Positions 57,463-64,000 of a stretch of 64,000 nucleotides of DNA are shown here, one piece after another; positions within the stretch are counted from its first letter, which is position 1, and each line of letters begins with the position of its first letter. A program made the translations under genes and the position numbers. Where the stretch lies: IMG/VR virus record IMGVR_UViG_3300025167_000008, positions 15,561 to 79,560 of that record; one strand, 5' to 3'. The DNA is from a virus. The notes beneath the pieces are model-generated. The model was not told where the DNA came from. It ran no database searches and saw only the letters and a list, made by a program, of their open reading frames with translations.

Positions 57463-58644
57463 ATGAGTCAACAATTTAAACCATGGCAGAAAGGATATGA
57501 ATTAGAATATTTAAAACATCTAGAAGGGAAATTCTCAGAGTATAATAGAGTATGTTTATCACCATTTGCACAAATAAAGAAAAACAAAATCGCCGAATTA
57601 TTGGATAAAAACCAATTAAGCATAGGTTTTAGTGATTATACAAAAGAACCAGTATTTTTTATTCCTACACGGATATCAAAGACAAACACACCAGTTAAAA
57701 TGCTGAATGGTATAATATTGGGAATAAAACAAAAAGGAGAAAGAACGATTGATAATCCTACATGTGATAATGGTCATATTGAAGACCTAATGTCACGAAT
57801 AAAAGGCTATGCGGAAAATTGTTGGTTCTTTGCTAATGTGGATTATGTATTGGGGAATGTAGTAGCAGAGCAAACAGGGTTCAAGAAAATAGGAGTTAAG
57901 ATATCAAGCTTTGCAGATATTACCAATGTATACTGTAAGAGAAACAATGATAATGAAATGATAATAAATAGGATTCCACCACTAGCCAAGGTCAATATAA
58001 CAAAGTTAAATGTTGATATTCCTAAAGAAACCATGCAAAACTTCAAAAAGAAGTTGGATAACATTATGGAAAAATTTGCGAACCATTATTCCAATTATAA
58101 TAAGAACAAGTCTTGGAGTGCCATATCATTAAGAGGATTTTCAAATGACTTTAGAATGATAGAAAAGCCTGCCGAAATGAATGATAAATGGAAAGAAAAA
58201 CATAAAAATGATGAATATTTTATTCAAGATACGGAATTAATGCAATATTTTGAACCATGGATAAGTAATGTTTTAAAACAAATACCAGTAACTGATTATA
58301 GATTTGAACGAATTAGATTTATGAAACTAGAACCAAAAGGCGGAGAGCTGGATAGGCATACGGATCAAACCGATGAAGAGATGGGAATAAATGACGGGGA
58401 TTTGGTAAGGCTTCATATTCCTATTACAACAAATGATAAGGTAATATTTTCATCATGGGATCATGAAGGCAAGGAAATAAAGGCAAATATGAAGGAGGGG
58501 GAATTGTGGTACCTTGATATTAGGAAGCCACATAAGGCAATAAACGGCGGAGATAAGGCTAGAATACACCTAGTAATAGATGTCAGACTAACAGAAGAGT
58601 TGAGAAAACTAATAGTTAATATAGGGAATAACGACAAGATGTAA
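57463..58644 (+). CDS. 2OG-Fe(II) oxygenase (Asp/Asn beta-hydroxylase-like) fused to N-terminal GNAT-like domain
   Basis: WSAISL, RIRFMKL.P.GG...RHTD, RLHIPI.TN, GELWYLD..KPH.A.NGG...RIHLVID; N-terminal N...EQTGF..IG.K. Confidence 0.8.
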   Translation: MSQQFKPWQKGYELEYLKHLEGKFSEYNRVCLSPFAQIKKNKIAELLDKNQLSIGFSDYTKEPVFFIPTRISKTNTPVKMLNGIILGIKQKGERTIDNPTCDNGHIEDLMSRIKGYAENCWFFANVDYVLGNVVAEQTGFKKIGVKISSFADITNVYCKRNNDNEMIINRIPPLAKVNITKLNVDIPKETMQNFKKKLDNIMEKFANHYSNYNKNKSWSAISLRGFSNDFRMIEKPAEMNDKWKEKHKNDEYFIQDTELMQYFEPWISNVLKQIPVTDYRFERIRFMKLEPKGGELDRHTDQTDEEMGINDGDLVRLHIPITTNDKVIFSSWDHEGKEIKANMKEGELWYLDIRKPHKAINGGDKARIHLVIDVRLTEELRKLIVNIGNNDKM

Positions 58645-58856
58645 GTTAATGGGTAAAATAATTAAAATACACATTAAAAGACATCATATAGTTAAATCAA
58701 AAGATATCAAGGACTTGTTTGAATTATCAAAAAATGAAACAATAATAGACTTTGGTATGTGGAGAGGCAGATCACCATACGAGGTAGAGCACGGGGCAAA
58801 TCCAGATACACATGATGAATGGTTTATAGAAACAGATGAGGTAACGGGGAAACAAA

Positions 58857-59219
58857 ATGGAAATTAAAATACCAAAAACATTTCAACAGACTAATCCACG
58901 TTGGACTAAAAAGATACAAAATAGAGAGACAATAGGGGAATTACAGGAAGTTTGTATGATAGATAATAAGGAATTAAATATTAGAAAATTTAATTGTTGC
59001 ATTGTAGGGGAGACATTAAACCTTTTTGATAAAGGTCATATGTATGGATTAGAAGAAGAACAACTAATTGCAATACATAAAGGGTGCAAAAAATGTTTAG
59101 AATTCAGTAGAAGGTTTGATAGTGTAATAGCCGAGTATAATTTAAAAGGGTTAGAAAAGAAACTAAAAGAATTTTCTAAGCATATTGAAAAGAAACATAG
59201 GGAGTTATTAAATGACTAA
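58857..59219 (+). CDS. Cys/His protein, paralogue of 53773..54111
   Basis: LNI...CIVGE...CKKC...H...HRELL. Confidence 0.6.
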   Translation: MEIKIPKTFQQTNPRWTKKIQNRETIGELQEVCMIDNKELNIRKFNCCIVGETLNLFDKGHMYGLEEEQLIAIHKGCKKCLEFSRRFDSVIAEYNLKGLEKKLKEFSKHIEKKHRELLND

Positions 59220-59442
59220 AATAAAAATCTATAATTCAAAAGGTTCTACATACAATCCTATATTAGAATATAAAAATAAATGGATTCCAAGAGAAGGAGA
59301 AACGATTATTCTAAGTGGTAGATATTGGTATATCTCTGGCGTTCTTCACAACTTTGATGAAAATGAAGTAACTGTTTATGTTCAAAACAATAAAGGTGAA
59401 ATTGCAGAATGGGTAGATATTATGGATAAAATAAAGATATGA
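59212..59442 (+). CDS. Small beta protein, IPREGE family
   Basis: WIPREGETIIL; similar to 41970..42194. Confidence 0.55.
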   Translation: MTKIKIYNSKGSTYNPILEYKNKWIPREGETIILSGRYWYISGVLHNFDENEVTVYVQNNKGEIAEWVDIMDKIKI

Positions 59443-60710
59443 CTAAAATAGTAGAAGGCCCCACAATAACAGAATCATATTCAACAATGAACGGTATAGT
59501 TTGGAAACATAGACTTAACGCACATGTGATAGATGCAGAAATACCAAGAAGAATATATCAGCCACCAATGCATACAGATTCATTTTTAAATTACTTGGAG
59601 TTTAGAATGAACCAAAAATCCACGTTAGCAGAAAAGATATTCGGGAAGAGATTTATAAAATGACTTGTAAATTAGAATCCAGTGAAAAAGCAATGAGACA
59701 ATCATTACGTTACATGAAATCAATTATAAATAAAATGTTAAATAAAAGAATATATCCTGACAGCTTTTCTTTTGAAACTGGATTTGAAGAAGTAATGGTA
59801 GAACTATGGGGTGGAAAGGAAATATTAGATAATGGAATGAGAACAATAACATTTAAATATCATGCACCAACATTAAAGAAGGGGAAGAAAAAATGATTGA
59901 AGGTCAAGAAGTTACAGTTTATTATAATACCAACAAAAAGACAATAGAAGGTATTGGAATAGTTAAGAAAGTACATCAATTATTATTTAATAATAAGATT
60001 GCATTAGTAGATATAGAGTTTAAGACTGGACTTTTCAAGGATAAAGTAGGAACAAGGATGATAAAAAATGATACTAACTGAAGACGACTTTATAGAAAAT
60101 AATGATGAAGATGCAATGGAATACGGTTGGACTCTTAATCTAGAAGATGATGAAGAAATGGATGAAGTTATACAGGCAGTTAAATTAAAAGAATTGGTGG
60201 AAGAAAAAATGAAATTATATGATGATATATCTGGACATGAATGTGGATTAACTAAACAAGAAACGAATGAATTCATGGTTTTAGAGCAACTTTTAGAGGA
60301 TAGTAAGAAATGACTAAATTAAGGGAAGAATTAGAAAAAATAAACTTTAACGAAATTGTTAGAAGAATCGAGGAAAGTTGGAATGATTACAACAATGGAC
60401 ATAAATTAAGCAAGGAAGACTTTACTTCTATTATAAAACAGTTCAAAAGAATACAACATATTCTAAAGGGAAGCAAAGATGGTTAAATCAGATACAGTTT
60501 ACGAATACAAAAAAATAAAACCATTAGAGTTTATGGACTCTATGAATTTTAGCTTATCGGATAGGGAATTAAAAAATAAAATCAACGAATTGTTAATAGA
60601 ACAGAATAAAATGGCAAAGGACTTTGAATTGTATAAGAAAGCACACAAAAGCTTGCAGATTAATTTTAATATACTTGAGAGTTGGTTTTTAGATTTGGAG
60701 AGGAAGCACG

Positions 60711-61046
60711 ATGGATAAACGAATAACAGAAAAAGAAATATTGGATGAGATTCAAGCACATAGAAAAGAAAAACGAATGAATGAAGAATTTATTAATGAA
60801 GGATATCTTGATATGTTAATTCAACAATCATATTCTAATGAAGAAAAGGCTGGAGCAAAAGCCGACAGTGTAGCCTCTAAATTAGAAATGATTAAATCTC
60901 AAATCCTTCAAGATCATGAGATAGTAAACAGATTGAGAAGGAGATTGGAAGGATGTAAAGTGATTATGGCAGTTCATGATGATGATTTTACTTATTTTTA
61001 TGATTTGGAAAAAGAACTTCAAAAACTCATGGAGAATAAGAAATGA
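60711..61046 (+). CDS. QILQDHEIVNRL family protein
   Basis: Shares two near-identical DNA blocks with 54628..54909. Confidence 0.65.
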   Translation: MDKRITEKEILDEIQAHRKEKRMNEEFINEGYLDMLIQQSYSNEEKAGAKADSVASKLEMIKSQILQDHEIVNRLRRRLEGCKVIMAVHDDDFTYFYDLEKELQKLMENKK

Positions 61047-62820
61047 ATTATACAACAAAATTAGCTGTTATTTTATGTGTATTAGTAACACCATTTATTC
61101 TAATTATCTTATTTGTGCCACCTTATGAACAGCCAGAGTTTAAAGATCAATGTGTAAAGGATCATATTGAGACTGTTTGGATAGTAATGTATGCTGGAAA
61201 TGGTATATATTACCCCATGCAAATACCACAAGTAGTGTGTGATGAATATAAACAAGTTCCGAATACATTGTACAAGGGGAAGGTAAAATGAAAACAGAAA
61301 TAACATTATTTTATAAATGTGGATGTAGATATGAATTCATTAAAACAGGAAAGGGAAGTTCGGAGTTACTTTCAACTGATTTTTGTGTATTGCATTCAAT
61401 AGAACATGATAAACAATTAGTGATGAATTAATGAAAACAAATAATCCATTAAAGTGTTCAAAGTGTAAAGCAAGCAAAGCAGAAGATAAATATTACCCAT
61501 ATTGTTCTATAGAGCATTGGACAGAAGCGGTGACTAAACCATGAGATATTATTGTGGAATATGTTGGAACACAGTAAATCCAGATGGTTGTGCTTTTTAT
61601 TGTCCTAATGATAATCATCTTATGGATAAAGAAATGATAAACTGGATAGATGCAAGTATTGTTTTTGATATAGAGAAAGCTGATTTTGTGACGCATTATC
61701 ATGAACCCGCATATCAAAAGGTGGATAAACTATGAACTTTAAAAAATGCTTAGTGTGTGGTAGTAGATTTTTTTGCCCTAGAAAAATATTAGATTGGGGA
61801 ACAGCAGAAAGACTCTATGGGGTAAAAAAACCATGAAAATTGAAATCACAGTAGGAAAAGATGTAGAACGTATAGAGATGCCAGATAAATGCGATAGGTG
61901 TTTTGAAGGTCGTCATTGCTATGGAGGAGGAAAGAATTTATTAGGTAAGATATGTATGTGCATATGTGATAAACCATGACTTGTATATGCTGTTGGTATG
62001 CAGGAATGACAGAAGAAGAAAGTGAGGAATATCATAAGAATGACTGAATGGGGAAATTTCTGGATAACATGTTTAACATGTGGTAATAAAAGACATACAG
62101 GAACTGACTTTAACGCTAGATTAATAAAGGAGGCACATGAACACAATCATATAGGGCATATGTGTGAGATAAAAAATGAAAAGATGTAAGAATAGACACC
62201 CAACATATGGAATGCGTTGTACTAGAGAATTCGGGCATAAAGGACAATGTAAAGGAAACCCAAAAGATATACAAGATGTGGTAAATGATGCGTATTAAGA
62301 TATTCAAGTGGTATATTGATTGGATTATGACACCAGTAGCATATGCTGAACACGAGTGTTTAAATCAAATAATGGAAGGAACTTATTCTTGCGAGTATTG
62401 CTATCCCCCATGTAAGAAATGTGGAAGAGATACTGCAGAATGGGGAGTTAATTGTAATAGTGTAGACGGATGTGATTTTGATGTCAGAAAAAGAATAAGT
62501 GATTCTTGTGGAGGAGAAAGCATTGACTAATCCTTTTGAATGTGGAACATTGGCACATGGAGCATGGGAAAGCATGACGGGAGAATCTAACTGTGATAAG
62601 AAAAAGGAAGAACCAACAAGACCAAGAAAACACAGACAGCCAATAACAATACCTGATTGGAAATCATTCGAAGACTTTAAGAAAGCTTGTGGATCGGCAT
62701 AATGAGCCGAATGATGAGGGGCGAATCAAAGACATCACGCTTTGAAACTGGTAAGCCCTCGGCTCGTATATTACATATAAACAACTAATTAAATAAACTT
62801 TAGTTTGTAATTTTTTACAA

Positions 62821-62857
62821 ACAAGCATTTATATACTCTTTAGTATATAGGTATAAT
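62821..62857 (+). promoter_or_regulatory. Conserved palindromic TATA promoter, copy 5
   Basis: ACAAGCA TTTATATACTCT TTAGTATATAGG; ATG 30 nt downstream (62828 to 62858). Confidence 0.82.
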
Positions 62858-63064
62858 ATGACCAAAACCGCATTATGTGATCTTTGTCTCATTGAGGATA
62901 AAGTTACCATTGCAAAATTTTCTACATCTACTGTGATAAGTGGTACTAGAATAGCAGTTTGTACAAGTCATCGTATAGCTGTTAAAAAAATCGCTGTAGA
63001 TACAAATCAGGTTATGGCTCTAATAAGTAATGCTACAAATAAAGTAAATACTTTAAGAGTATAA
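62858..63064 (+). CDS. Small zinc-binding protein (leaderless)
   Basis: CDLC...VCTSH; monocistronic between promoter and T-tract. Confidence 0.65.
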   Translation: MTKTALCDLCLIEDKVTIAKFSTSTVISGTRIAVCTSHRIAVKKIAVDTNQVMALISNATNKVNTLRV

Positions 63065-63084
63065 TCATATTTTTTTTTAAACAT

Positions 63085-63120
63085 ACAAGAATTTATATAC
63101 CCCTTAATACACAATATATT
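63085..63120 (+). promoter_or_regulatory. Conserved TATA promoter, copy 6 (no ORF downstream)
   Basis: ACAAGAA TTTATATACCCC TTAATACACA at 63092. Confidence 0.75.
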
Positions 63121-63121
63121 T

Positions 63122-63304
63122 GCTGACGGTAAGCTTAGTCGCTTCACAGACAGAACTCCTTCCGAAGCTGGGAGATTGCTGATATCTGAGTGATTGAAAA
63201 ACAAATCCCTGTTATGCTTCGGCACAGGGTAAAATAATCGTAGGCGTTGACTGTAAATCAGTTGCCGTTGGCACTCTTACTAATAGGTTAAATACTTCCT
63301 TTTT
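63122..63304 (+). ncRNA. Candidate ~180-nt structured ncRNA
   Basis: Starts 30 nt after conserved TATA; GC-richer; CCCTG...TGC-TTCG-GCA-CAGGG hairpin; TCAC/GTGA long stem; ends in T-tract. Confidence 0.65.
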
Positions 63305-64000
63305 GTATAATATGGTATGGATTTATACTGTGATGTAATAGAAACAATAGAATCAAAAGAAGGACTAACATGGATATACATAAAAGATAATCATATTAAA
63401 GATACAGTCTTTTGGACTTGGGAACAATTATACAAATGTGTGATATCTAAATGAAGTGTAGATTTTGTGATGATGAATTTACTATGGTAATAGCACCAAG
63501 AGATAAGGAAACTGATTTATCATTATGCAAACAGCATTTAATGTATATTACGAGGATAGGTAATAGGATATGAGTTACACAGCGGAATTTTGGAAATTAA
63601 GGAAATGTGGAAGACATAAAGGGCAATATATTTATTATAAAAATCTAACTGTAGATCATATCTCAGATCTAATAGTTGGTAGCTTCTTCAAAATGATGAA
63701 CAAAAAGGGGAACCTCCACAAGTATTACATAGATAGAAAAGAACATATATATTATGATACCAAGAAAGAATACTACGTGCAATACTTTATCAGGGAGATT
63801 AGATAATGGTTACAATACAAGAAATAAATGAAGACATACAAAAGGAATATGAATTTATTTTGACTGTAAAAAGGAAATCTGACGGACATGAAATCAAAAT
63901 GGCATTTACAAAACTACATGAAGTATTTGATATAGATTTTGTGGCACAATTAGTTCAACACATAAGAAAAACTGAAGGTGAAAAACATGAATAAAGATTT

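Larger units (their letters stand above)
51294..63994 (+). other. Dense array of small, translationally coupled hypothetical ORFs (40-140 aa, many Zn-binding or single-TM)
   Basis: Near-continuous ATGA/TAATG overlaps, GGAG/GGTGA SDs; most + strand track ORFs in this span are plausible genes. Confidence 0.75.

Noticed and set aside
940-62575. All minus-strand ORFs in the track
   Set aside because: They overlap well-supported + strand genes, have biased shadow-frame composition (F/L/S/I-rich) and no motifs; treated as antisense artefacts
63235-63300. Canonical tRNA-Tyr gene
   Set aside because: Anticodon-like loop and a variable-arm-like hairpin are present, but no GTTC T-loop, D-arm or acceptor stem could be built; kept only as part of the ncRNA candidate
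1-64000. Provirus boundaries, integrase or IS elements
   Set aside because: No tyrosine/serine recombinase, transposase, att-like tRNA fragment or host housekeeping flank recognised

Overview
AT-rich 64 kb segment of a head-tailed archaeal virus (Caudoviricetes-like), most likely infecting ammonia-oxidising archaea (Nitrososphaerota). The host call rests on archaeal RadA, MCM, Hjc and prim-pol, TATA-box promoters about 30 nt upstream of leaderless ATGs, GGTGA ribosome-binding sites, TTG/GTG starts and a thaumarchaeal-type zinc-finger protein. All credible genes are on the + strand. Layout: neck/tail module (0.2-12.4 kb); recombination, NAD salvage, replication and methylation genes (12.5-24.9 kb); an operon of three very large acidic modular proteins (24.9-33.5 kb); a mixed accessory region with secreted metalloprotease, methyltransferase, prim-pol, phosphatase, HicB, ParB, TusA-like and SF2 helicase genes (33.5-47.6 kb); terminase (48.5-50.8 kb); and a dense array of small, translationally coupled ORFs (51-64 kb). 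No portal, major capsid protein, prohead protease, DNA polymerase, integrase, canonical tRNA or CRISPR array was recognised. The best candidate for an undescribed system is the 24.9-33.5 kb operon: about 2,850 aa of short unrelated modules separated by a recurring E-S-x-A-x-E linker resembling prohead-protease cleavage sites, i.e. a possible capsid-packaged, processed effector polyprotein. Other highlights are a palindromic TATA promoter class, several structured non-coding RNA candidates, repeated gene-junction sequences in the small-ORF array, NAMPT, a zinc-ribbon insertion in RadA and a mini-paralogue of the terminase ATPase. Family assignments come from recalled motifs, not from database searches.
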